DNA of 64,000 nucleotides from Saccostrea echinata (Eukaryota): NCBI RefSeq assembly GCF_033153115.1, contig NW_026889764.1, positions 9,610,001 to 9,674,000 of the forward strand, read 5' to 3'. Shown piece by piece: positions 50,342 to 62,242 of this stretch (position 1 is its first letter; each line of letters starts with the position of its first letter). The notes under the pieces were generated by a model. It saw only the letters and a program-made list of their open reading frames with translations, ran no database searches and was not told where the DNA came from. The position numbers and the translations under genes were made by a program.

Positions 50342-53300
50342 ATGAGGAAGGTAAGTGGGTTTTTTTTCTCTCTTTTTGATAGCCCCCTTTTTTTAATTTT
50401 CTCTCCTTCAAATGCATATGTTTAATGTAAATGAAATTGATTTTATAAAAACTGATTAAAAAACAAGGCTCTGTTAAGATTTTACACTCGTGAAAGTTTT
50501 CAGATTTTTTATTTTATTTATTTATTTATTTTGTTGTTGTTGTTGTTGATATTTTTAAATTATTAAAACGTTACGTTCTTGTCATGTTATGATTTAAATG
50601 ATATATATAATAATTTTCAACATCTTATTAGGCGTAAGATAAATTTTAATTTACAAAATGCATATCAAATATCTTCTATTGTAGAACTGTATAGCACTAT
50701 TTTAAAATAATCAATTTAAGACTTGGCGAATAAGAAAGGATAAGGAGTTCGGTTTTGAGCCTCTTTTTTTTTTTTTTTTTTTTTAACAAACTAAAGGCAC
50801 TTTTATTTATTTCAAGGAATATGTAATAATTCTCATGACGTTACCCCTTATCTGGGGAGACTGGATTCTGCCCCCTCTGAAGCCACGACATCGGTCCCTA
50901 GATATGGCAGCACCTTGTGCAGGTAAGTTCTGATGTTTTAGTTCCGTCAATAACAGGGCAATAGTATACAGTTAAAGGGGGAGGAAATAAGCACCGCCCT
51001 CAATTTTACCTGGTCTGTGAACCCCTGTCAATCAGATGAAATTAAGCCTGAAATTGGATACTGAAAATTGATTGACATCTTGTTACCTGCCGTTGTGTAT
51101 ATCTTGTATACCTTGGCTGGGGATCGTATCGATCATTGAATTAACATTCAGTCTTTGATGCCTACCGAATATAATTTATAACATCGTGATAAAGAAGCAG
51201 CCAGAGCTAATTTTTTTTAACTTTATGATAAAGTAATTAGCCATATATAATTTATATTTAATAAGTCTGTCAAATAAATAAATGAAAAAGAAAATCAGTC
51301 ATATATCTATTTAAATTGTAATTAAGAAAGGGGGGTTCATTTCACTATACAATCTATAATGCAGTATAGATTATCCAAATTTACACGTACATCGATTTTA
51401 CTTAAAACAGAAAATACCTAACTGCATTGGAAGCATCGTGTAATTTAATAAAATAATAATTCCTTTTAATTTTATAATTATGAGATAGTCATATTGTCCA
51501 AGTTAAAAATTTTAAGACGTGTAATATTTCTTCGAGACATGGTGATGAAAGTTACGGTAAAATAACCAGTTTTAAAGAGAACTAAGCATTATTATAAAAG
51601 CTGTCATTGCATATACAAGTTATGTTTAGAATTATGTATCCCGAGGAAAAAAGTAGGATAAAGTGATTATATTCCCGTTTCGTCTTCCTGTCGGAGAAAC
51701 AATACGCGGATGCCTTGACCATTTTTAACATGCATGCGTCATGGGTTAATCACATACGAATTATACAAAAAAAAAAATATTTATCTAATTTATTACATAT
51801 TTTCTAAAAAAATTAGCCTTCAAACAGGATTTCTAAGTTTTAGAGACTTAATTATTCAGGACTGCGCTTTTTTCTACTTTCGTTTTGTGAATGACTATTT
51901 CCCTCGGTGTCGCAAGCTTACAACCAAAGATTTGAAATTTATTAAAGCACAAAATTAAACTAAAATTGTCTCCTTTATTCAAACATATTTTTAAAAAAGA
52001 ATTGAACTAAAGGATTCAGTCTACATAAAAAAATTAGCATGTTTTATTTCATAAATTTGACGATCAACATTTCGATTGACCAACACGCAAAGTTAAACTA
52101 TGTCTTAGGAAAACATTTACAGGTAATGTATGCAGGTAACATTCTGTGTATATAGGTAGGTATACACAAGCCAGCTTGGTTCCCTCGGGGCTTCACAGCC
52201 GTTTCAATTAAGCTCCACCCCACTCCAAACTTACCTGAGGAAAACCGACTGGTTGAAAACCTCGGCCTTTAAAGTATATCATTGAGGGAGTTAGTAAGAT
52301 TCCAGTTCCCCAAGGCCAGGACTATTTCCCGAGGCGAAGCCTAGGGCAATAGCTGTAGTTTCAAGCGTACAAAAAGACATTTTTTTAAGCGGGAAAAATA
52401 CAACTGTCCTGATTCAAGACTAATGCTTTTATACATGTACTTTTATGCCGTCAATTTTTGTTTCTACACCCTAAACCAAAAAAAAAAAAAAAAAAAAAAA
52501 ACTTTCAAAATTCCCTCTGAGATTCTCTTCCGACATGAGAAAAAAGGGAAAATTCCCAGGTGTATTTATTCGAAAGGGCGTTGATTCCTGTCTACAAGCA
52601 CCTATGGATTTTTTTCTGTAATGTGTTTTTTTTTTTTCAAAATTAGAAATAAATATAAGCACTACAGTAAAATTGTGTATGTTTTTATTGTTCCATTTGG
52701 GGTACATATGGAAAAGTAGGTGAGTTATATGTTTGTCGGAATACCTGTCATTGACACACAGAATAGTCCTTCACCACATTTACTGACTATTGATTACATA
52801 ACTAGTGATAGTGTCGAACCCTAATTAGAAGAAATTATGACGATAAATACTTATTGAGGAAATTTCTATGGTAAAAATGCATTTGCGAATTATATGGGGC
52901 TGGAATTTAAGCGACAAAAATCCTTTGTATTTATAAGCGTTCTCGATCACAATGACACGTTACATGTACCAATAGACCCCACGACTCATTAGAGTTACTG
53001 CCAGACATTTAATCTTCTTTGTGGTATGACTCTTTAATAACTGGACCTTAAATACCTCAGGAAAGATGCTAATGTTGTGAACTCATTTTGTGGCTTATGG
53101 TAGCTGACTGAAAGCAGTCGTGGAGAATGTAAAAGTAGTTCAAGACTTTGTTAGGAACACAAGTTTAGGCATGATTACAACCAGTTTGAGGAAGCAAAAA
53201 AAAAAAAAAAATCATCAAACTATATGCGTATTTTATTGGCTGCTGCAAAATTCTCTTTTTGATACTCGGTTCTGCAACTCTGTGGTCATTCATTCTAATT

Positions 53301-54148
53301 AATCAGTAAGGTACAAAACTACAGCTTCTTTCACATGCAAACACATTTTTTTTTAAATTCGGTGTTCCCTTTTGCTCAATAGATACAAATTAAAAAATAA
53401 CCAGATGTCTACATTATTGTAAATATGTTTGCGATATTTAGACGAAAGAACACATGCGAGTCATCTGTGAACAAAATAGAATGAAACATCCTAAACGTTG
53501 AGAACCCTAGGTGAGATAAGGGTAAAAAAAGAAATATTTTAGCATAAATCATATACCATTTAGTGGGTATTTACAAAAGTAAATTGAGTGTCATTAGAAT
53601 ATAAAACATGTTTATAATCGTTTTGATTAATTTTTTGAATTCTTATAGTGCCAAGAACATCTGACGAGTCACCATACTACTTTGGGACCTCGGATTTAGC
53701 ATGTATAACAACGAAAGGGCGATTTCATTTAATAACAAAACGATCCATCCAGATGGACCCCGAAAGAAACCGAACCAAACGAGCAGCACCGAAGAGACAT
53801 GTATTGGCCCCAACCCATCGGTGGATTTACTACAAAGGATTTTTCTTTGAATGGGGGACAGATGCTGGGACGAAGAATCGTTTATTTGGATTCTTGAATG
53901 ACGCTAAGAGTTATAGCATAAAATCAGGACTTCCGTATAAAGCAGACAAATGTAATTGGATGTTGGAGTCTTTACCCGCGGGTTACTCGAGCGTGCCAGC
54001 AGAGTGTATTATGGGCTGTACAGCTAATTATAGGACAGTGACAGGTGATTACAGCCTCCTAAATAACAATTGTCACCATTTTGCAAACACTATTTCAAAT
54101 ATTTTATGTTCTAATATTTGCCCTGAATGGTGCACTACGCCCCTTTAA
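50342..54148 (+). CDS. Secreted PPPDE/DeSI-like (permuted papain fold) cysteine peptidase. Exons 50342-50350, 50817-50922, 53649-54148 (~204 aa).
   Basis: Spliced N-terminus MRK|EYVIILMTLPLIWG-DW with GTAAGT donors and matching phases. HRWIYYKGFFFEWG has the spacing of the PPPDE His motif HxxIxxxGxxxx[YFW]G. YSLLNNNCHHFAN carries the catalytic Cys. RTKR furin site and 9 Cys. Confidence 0.8.
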
Positions 54149-54377
54149 GTGTGTTCTCGTCATGTCTCAATGTACTTGGTGGTTCACTAATATGAATTAT
54201 TGAGAGACTTTATTTGTCACTATTGATCACATTACGAGGAGGACGAATGTGATAAAACATTTATTACTGAAGAGATTTTTCAAAACAAGAACGCAATTTT
54301 GGGGGAAAAAATCGTAGCCATTGTTTCACATTAATACTACACCCAACTGTTGTATTTGATATTGGATTTCACTAGAT

Positions 54378-55620
54378 GAAATATGGAGATAACGAACAGT
54401 ATTCAAGCTCTAAGTCCATTAAAACAATACACATCGGGAGCAGAGCAAACTCGGACCTACAAAAACAGAGGTGGGATCAGGTGCCATGGAGGAGTGAACA
54501 TTCCCTGCCGACCTGTCACACCTGCTGTGCGCTCCTTGTCATGATCAGTAAATAACGGAAAAATCCGTCGACAATTCAGTGTGTAAATAATGGACTAACA
54601 ATTAGTATGAAAAAAGTCAGAGAGCATATGACTTAATGATAGATTGATTTGCTGACAAGGTCATTGTATCGACCATAGAACTTACGAAATGATGAATTTA
54701 AACGAGACTGTTGATATTCTTGTTTCATCAACTTGCTTGTCAATAACTTACCTCGTTTTAGAAATTGTTTATACATGCACGTAGGGCATGCTCTTGCGTA
54801 TCGAATCAACTGAGAGATATACACCCCATATGCAGATGATAAGGGTATATTTCTGCATACATGTATGTAAGGGAAATTGACGATTGAGTAGGAAAAATCA
54901 TCACGTTTATCATAAAGCTTTGTTGTTAGATTACCATTAAAGTCTTTTTCTAGTAGAATATCCAAATATGAAACAGCTGTGTCAGACTCTGTGGTATCTT
55001 TTATTTCAAGCTCACTGAGATATATCGTGTCGACATATGAATGGAAATAACTATTGTTAATTGATAAAACGTCGTCGATATATCTAAATGTCGAGTTGAA
55101 GGCCACAGCAAGATATTTCTTTTCGTCATGTATAAGATTTTGAATACATTCTGCTTCATATGAATACAAAAATAGGTCTACTAACAACGGGGCGCAATTG
55201 GTTCCCATGGGAATTCCAACAGATTATTGGAAGACCTGGTCTCCAAGAACCACAAAGATATTGTCAATCAGAAACTCAAGCATGCATCTTTTAATATCAA
55301 CTTCAGAGAACTTGTGTGTACAATCAGAATGTTTTTTAACAAAATAATTTTGTAAATGACCAATGACAAGGTAAGTAAATTTAAGTATATTTTATTGAAA
55401 AGCAGCTGTCAATGATGCCAAAAAAGCCTGGACTTAAATTTATCGTGGGCAATGGTTGTATACAGAGTTGAAAAGTCTTAAGTTTTTATGTTATTAATTT
55501 TGGTAAAATTTGGAGATTTCAAATTTTCCGAAAGTTTCTTGGAATATTTACGTATCCACATCTGATTTACACCACTTCTCGAATATACTGTTTCACTGTA
55601 CTCCTGAAGTTTCTCCCTCT
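54378..55620 (-). mobile_element. Penelope-like RT fragment with 3' tail (same group as 37945-38695)
   Basis: GIPMGTNCAPLLVDLFLYSYE, FRYIDDVLSINN, LYDKRDDF, AYGVYISQLIRYARAC, FRKFYGRY. 5'-truncated. Confidence 0.9.
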
Positions 55621-57249
55621 CTGATACATATCCTTATTTAAAAATCCATTTATTACACAATAAAACTTTTTGGTTTTACATTTAAAACTTTTTTTTTTCA
55701 TTCTGATTGTTTAAGATGATTTTTAAGGTGGTATTTTGTGTAGATATATGTTAAAAATAAAAAAAAGGTCAATGGAAGGCTATCGATGTTATACAGTAGT
55801 TGGCAAAACAGCGGCGTCGTCGATGTAAACAAACTTCGTCCGCTTAATATATGATTTTTATTAAACTTATACAGTACTAACGAATATATATTGTAATTTG
55901 CCCAGCCCCTGCACGTTTCTCACTAAGGATTCTCTGAGGAATGCTGGCATACAAGCTCTGTAAGTAGAGAAGTGGCAGAACTGTCGTAATTCTTGCACAA
56001 TTAACACATTTCAAATCCTCGGCGTTTTTAATTTCAGAAAACGCCTTTGTACACGGATTTTTAAGGCTTTCCAGACGTTTTGTATGATGTTCAGATCTGG
56101 ACTTTGGGCAGGTAATAGTAAAGTATTTATATTGTTGTCGGCCTTTCAAGCATTGACCCTAGCAGGCACAAGGCATTGGGGCGTTGTCTTTCTGGAAGAC
56201 CGAGGGTCGGTTTGGAAAGCAGTGTTGTGATAAGAGATACCCGGCAGGTGTGCTCCCTGTCGCCGAACTCGGCTAGGAATTCAAGTCTTAAAAGTTATCT
56301 AGGCTTCCTGCAAACGTAAACTTCATTATTGTTGCCCAATATAATTTTAGTTTCATCACTAAAGATGACCCTAAGCCAATTTTCCAAACTGTCCATGTCA
56401 AATCCTTGTTCTTTGCTCTCGTTTTACATGAGAAATGGCATTTAAATAAATCCGTTTGGAAACCACAAAACGTTTATACATGTAGTCATCCGCACAGAGT
56501 CGTCTTTTAGCTGCAGAAGTGTAGCTCTCTGGATGAGAAAATTCGAAAAGGCAAACCGAGAGCTACAGATCCAAGCAATGTGTACGGAAGCGTATTAGTG
56601 CCATGTATTTTTTTAAGTTGTTAATTCCAACTTAAAAGTTAGTAATTCCATTTTTATTTTATTTATTTTGATTAATATTAAATAATTGATCAATGAACAT
56701 TAAAGTATAAAAGAGTACAGAAAATTAAGGCAAGTGTACAATTCCAATAAAAATGTGTGATATACTTTTTCTTTGGACTCTTTTTTTTTTTTTTGCTGAA
56801 ATACCTTAAAATACTAAATATATTTTTGCAATGGATTTGATGATTTGCATGTTTAACTACATGTTTCTATGATCTGTGAGTTGGTTGTTTAAAAAAATGA
56901 ATCAGTTTCACTGCATCATACAAATTTTAAAGGAGCTATAATAGCAGTTATTTTGACCTTTGATCAAGTGAACTGTTAGTGAATCCTCTGACTATCCTCA
57001 GTGTGGGAAGTGACAGTTAAGGTTATAAATTTAAAGGGAACTCAGGTTATAATTGTATCACACGGAAGTGATGATGAAGGGAGAAGAGGGGCATTATGAT
57101 TACTACTGAGCTGCACTTAGATGGGAATAACCCTTTATAAATGTACATGTATGTGTTGATGTTTGTCAAAAAAATCCACATTACTATGTGACATATATTT
57201 ATTCCTGTAAAGTTGGGGTTGTACACTGAAATGTTATATACAATTGATT

Positions 57250-57400
57250 TAGAGGGGGGCCCAGGGGTCCCCTCTTTTGTGTCCAAAATATACATAAGAT
57301 TTAATAAATCAATTTTTTGGGGTGTGACTGTGGGCCCCTACCCCGACCCCAAACTGGTCGCCCCCCCTTTTTTTTTTCAAGATTCCTGGATCCGCCACTG
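57250..57400 (-). mobile_element. Fragment of a hAT-like MITE (one terminus)
   Basis: Ends in CCTGGATCCGCCACTG, the same terminus type as the 2327 element. The other end was not identified. Confidence 0.5.
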
Positions 57401-58193
57401 ACTAGTTTATATGTACAACAGATCTGAACCAGAGACGGATCTATGATTATTGTTTAATTCTTGGTGTATGAATTATATTTTTTAGGCAAATCTTAAAAAG
57501 GGTAACTTATGAAAAAGGAGTAAGATGCAGGGTGCTTTAACATGGATAGCAATTTATTAGTCAGAACTTTTTTTATGAAAATCTATTTGGTAACATAAAA
57601 TAACCTAGATATGTAGATCCTACTTGCAGTGACTTAGATATATTTCAAATATCCATGTGGATGATCATGTTTTATATTGTCATACTAAATCACAACAAAC
57701 GAACATATATGCAATTTGATTCAAAATTACCTTTTAATGACAAGATAATGTTATTTTTTCTGAAAAAAAAATGTAAAGAAGATCACAAATTTTATAATGC
57801 ATAAGATTTTTTTTTTTGGGGGGGGGGGGGGTGATTAAAGGATTGTTGGGGTCAAATGCAGCTTTCAATATCAACACCAGTGTTGACAAAATTAGCTGAT
57901 GACAATAATAATCTAATATGGAACACTCAGAACGATAGAAAAGAGTGAATAAGTATTTGTGGACGTGTTATTTCCACTTAATAATCGTTTCTACTTGACC
58001 CTTTCCGGGGGGCTAAAAACACGATGCACTTAGCGTCAATTAGTCTGAACACATTATACATGAGAAGTTGAAAATTTCTCTGTACATGCATGTATGTTTA
58101 TTATCTGGGTAAAGCGACAGAAATGTACAAGCAAATAATTCCGTAAACATTTTTTGTTTAAAATTTTCAGGCTATGAGGTATTATTACATGTT

Positions 58194-59640
58194 TCAGAAT
58201 CAGAATCAGAAAATTTAATTTAAAGTCGGATTTTCAAACAAATAACGTAAGCTCTGTAGAGCTTTTGACCGACATGATTAGTAAGACATATACATAAAAC
58301 ACATAAATGACAATATACACATTTATAAACATAGTTAAAATTTCAATGGCATGTAGCACAACAGACATAATTTACACACACAAAGACACACACAAATACA
58401 CAACAACAAACAACACATATAGCATGCATTTACATATTGGACAATACATAGAAAGATGCATAGAAATAAATATGAGTGAACGGTCAAAATAGCACCTATA
58501 TAAAGGATAGTCTATAATTTATATTATTGCATAAAATATGAGATAGCACTTCGCTGAATTAAAAAAGTTAAACTTTATAATATCATATTTTATGGTAAAT
58601 TTACTCATTAAAATGAATAAACATACTAAACATAAGAAACAGAAAATTGAAAACTTAACCCCCCCCCCCCCCCAAAAAAAGAACTGAATTTAAAACTAAG
58701 GTTTAAGATCTGCAGGAGCCACATTTACAGGAATCTCTATTCCAGTTATTAATAAGACTTTTAAACTGATTTATTGTAGATGCATTTCTAATGTCTTCTG
58801 GGAGTTCATTCCAGAGTTTGGTTCCTGCATATCTAAAAGAGTGTAGACCATGTTTAGTAGTTCTTACTCCAGATACCTGCACTGTATTACTTTTCCTAAA
58901 ATGATATGATGTTTCTTTAAAAGTGAATAGATCAGACAGATATGCTGGGCTTTCATTTTTTAAAATTTTAAAAACTTCTGTAGCCATTGTTCTTATTCTT
59001 CTAATTTTTAAAGTTGGTAGACCTGACTTAAGTAATAATTCTTCGTAAGTACTGTTTCCATCATCGTAAATAAATCTGAGAGCCCTTTCTTGATTTTTTT
59101 TCAATTTTTCTTGTATTATTTTCTCCACAGAAATGCCATACAACAGGACAGTAATTAAAATTACTCATAATAAAAGAATAATAGATAGTTTATTTGCCCA
59201 GTTTGTTTAGGTGTTTACCTATGCGTTTTAATACATTAAGTTGTCTTGCTGCTTTTTTGCATAGTATGTTTGAAATATGGCTATTAAATTTTAGTTGGCT
59301 ATCAAATGTCACACCCAGGAGCTTAACCTCTTCCTCACATTTTATATTAATACCATCCAAGTTGAGAGTGATGTTTTCTTTACAGGTTTTATTTCCTATT
59401 GAGAGTGCCATAACGTTTTCTGGATTTGCTTCCATGTGGTTGTTTGAGAACCAATTTATTAGATTTAGGCTTTCATCTTCTAAAACTTTAATAACTTTGC
59501 TTAAATCAGAGTCTGAATGAGACAATGAATTGTCATCAGCATAGTTATATAACATGCCGTCATCAACAAAGCTAAAAATGTCATTTAAAAATATGTTAAA
59601 AAGGACAGGACCTAATATAGAACCTTGGGATACACCTTCA
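58194..59640 (-). mobile_element. 5'-truncated CR1/L2-clade LINE (RT C-terminus, 3' UTR, tandem tail)
   Basis: GVSQGSILGPVLFNIF, YADDNSL, KLLGVTFD, RALRFIY, C-terminal CKCGSC. (TTCTGA)n tail at 58194-58211. Confidence 0.88.
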
Positions 59641-61282
59641 TATATATATCTTTAAAAGTGCTAAAAAGTATTTAAAAATTGTTTCCTAAAAAAAGTCAAA
59701 AAATCGTTAGTACATGTTACCTCGAACAAAGGATTTTTGCCAATACCAAATCACTTGGTACACTCCAAGCCCAAGCTTCATGATTTGGTGACTATGCTAT
59801 TGTGTGCATAATATATTATTAAAACTATCATTATCGATGATAGGATATAATCATGAGCACGGGTTCAAGGTCACTAAACAATGAATGTTTGGCCCGAGGT
59901 GTTAAACTGTCACTAAAATTTACAGAATTAGTAAAACCAAAACGGGAAAAAGAAACTCACTCTCTCCTACTCTCTTTCTTTTTGACATTAAACACCACTT
60001 TCGCCAAAATTACAACACAAATCTAAGCAAGTTTAATTGGTTGAATATTTAGGATTTTATGCTGCGTAACTGATCTTCCTGTCAGAACGATGTATTTCCT
60101 AACTGATAGTGCAAAAAATTGGAGTTAACTCACTATCTTGTGTTCATCCCAATATGACACGGCGAGATTGTCAGAACATGTGAAATAAACATGGAAGTCC
60201 TACATTGCTGACATTCCTGTTAAGTTTTAAGCCGAGGCTACTCAAACATTTGCTCGTTTTTTATTATTTTGGTCGCGTTTTCTGTAAAATATTCTCTGCT
60301 TTTTTGGATCAATTTGAGAAATAGCACCAGGGAATCATTATTTGGATCTTAACCTACATCTATATTCCAAAACAAATCATCACTAATGTCCAAAAGAATC
60401 CTATTAGAAGCTTCTGACTTAAATCCAAAAGAAACTAAGACAATACTGTCTTCATACATTGATGAAGAGGTTTTGAATATGCAGGAATGAACCTAATTGT
60501 GTTTGAAAACTGTTCACTGTGGACCATCTTCTGACCTGCTACAGACAAGTACATGTATATATATCCCTGAGGGTATAATTATCACATCTGGGCCTGTACA
60601 AAATTGCATCTTTATTTAATCATCATTTTCTTGATACAATTAAAAGGAAACACGCTAGAGTTGTGATGAAATAGATAGAAACACAAAGAGTTTAATTTCT
60701 TTGTGTAAAACATGTACTAAGTATGTTGTTAAACTTTTCCCTCGATATTCGATTTGGTCCCTCGCTTCGCTCGGCACCAAATCTCATGGTACTCGGGAAA
60801 AGTTTACCACATATATATGTTGGATCGACCGCTGAGCGAGATATTTGACCGCTATCAATGACGTTTTTTACGTCACACTGTAGGCAGGAACAAACATGGA
60901 AAAAATGCAAACATGGAAGCCATGTATTTCTAAATGATAAGTAAAACGTGTAACTGTTTGGGTCCGAGAAAACACATTTTGCCCTCGAACTTAGTCAAAA
61001 AAAGTATAATAGTACAAGCAACAAATCCTAAAATTTGAAGTGTGTTTGTGACCTGTGAATTTATTAAGGTATAGATAAAATAGTCACTGCAGATTATAAA
61101 ACTTTGAGTAGTACATGTATATATGATGTTCTTCACACACACAGAGACAGACAGATTTATCTTGAGGTAAAGACTATCTTACACATGCACACACAGGCGG
61201 GTTTATCTTTAAAGTAAACAAAATCTAACACAATGAGCCAAGTACACAAAGTTAATTTAGGTAGTATATGGTTCAACATACT

Positions 61283-62242
61283 TCATTTTTCTTTAATCCA
61301 TGGACAGATCTTTCGAAGTTTTTTTCTTATTTTATGTTTTAAACTGATTCCCTTAAGTCTTAACTTTATTTCGTAAAATGTTCGCTGATTTCCACTATTT
61401 TGACCAATCTTTACTGTCTTCTTAACGGGATCAGAAAGAACTTTGAACTTTGCAGCTGGTGGGAAAAGGAACTCTCTTTCATCATAATATGAATACTGAC
61501 TAATACCTTTTGGTCTCCATTCACTAGCCTGTGAATTGTCAATTATTAAAAAAATATTTTTGTCAGTATTAGGCGCAAGAAATGTTTCCATCGCTACTTC
61601 TCGAAGCTCTGATGATGATGTGAACTGCGGCAGAACTATGCTTTCCCCTTTTTGGTAAGCTTTCAAAACAGTTGTCATATCTCCACTTATGTTGCCTATC
61701 CCTCGGTATGTCGTTTTTCCTGTTGTCATCAAATCTCCCCAGTACAACATTGTGGCAAACAGGGCGGTCGCGTAAGGTGCTAATGCTCTGTCTTTTGGAG
61801 ATAACGCTTTTGTTGTACAGTCATGTTGACCAAGTGCTCCCGATAGATCATTGTAAATTTCATCAGCTGTGTACAGTTGGATAAGACTGGATTCCAGTTG
61901 ATCACGTGATCGACGGAGGGTATTGTAAGATGTACGATACTGATTCCGAAGTGACTCTGCTATCGTCCATTTTGTATCATTTCTTTTCTTTTGTAAAAGC
62001 ATGAAAACACTTTGCAGGGATTCAAAAAAGCGACCTTCATATTTCTCAGTCCCATTTGACAAAACCTCTATTCCATAATTTATCATATCCATTCCGTTCT
62101 TCTCTATCATTTTCTGGCAATCAGCTTTCTCTACAAACGCCCTTTTGTGTCTTCGATGTATTTGTTGTGCATAATAATTGAATTTGGGATGCAAGGCTGT
62201 TACTGTACTGCAGTATGTCACAACGATGAACAAAAGATCCAT
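61283..62242 (-). CDS. Secreted mono-ADP-ribosyltransferase (ARTC / R-S-E clade), uninterrupted CDS, 319 aa
   Basis: Signal-like MDLLFIVVTYCSTVTA, RHKR furin site, LYT..IYNDL helix, TYRG (R), FTSSS (S), DEREFLFPP (ExE). Basic C-terminus and no GPI signal. Confidence 0.9.
   Translation of the reverse strand: MDLLFIVVTYCSTVTALHPKFNYYAQQIHRRHKRAFVEKADCQKMIEKNGMDMINYGIEVLSNGTEKYEGRFFESLQSVFMLLQKKRNDTKWTIAESLRNQYRTSYNTLRRSRDQLESSLIQLYTADEIYNDLSGALGQHDCTTKALSPKDRALAPYATALFATMLYWGDLMTTGKTTYRGIGNISGDMTTVLKAYQKGESIVLPQFTSSSELREVAMETFLAPNTDKNIFLIIDNSQASEWRPKGISQYSYYDEREFLFPPAAKFKVLSDPVKKTVKIGQNSGNQRTFYEIKLRLKGISLKHKIRKKLRKICPWIKEK

Noticed and set aside
52160-52272. Possible extra coding exon in the peptidase intron
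   Set aside because: The phase-compatible frames reach stops without a convincing donor, and direct splicing 50922 to 53649 already gives a coherent protein.
55790-56620. GC-richer segment with a Cys/His-containing minus-strand ORF (55877-56149)
   Set aside because: It is interrupted by stops and has no family motif I can support. It is probably a decayed transposon fragment and is left unannotated.
61283-62242. Bacterial contamination or recent horizontal transfer of the intron-free ART and cGLR coding sequences
   Set aside because: Both are embedded among host SINEs, LINEs and spliced genes, have upstream splice acceptors and host-like composition, and the ART has a eukaryotic signal peptide and furin site. 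Ancient transfer cannot be judged without a phylogeny.
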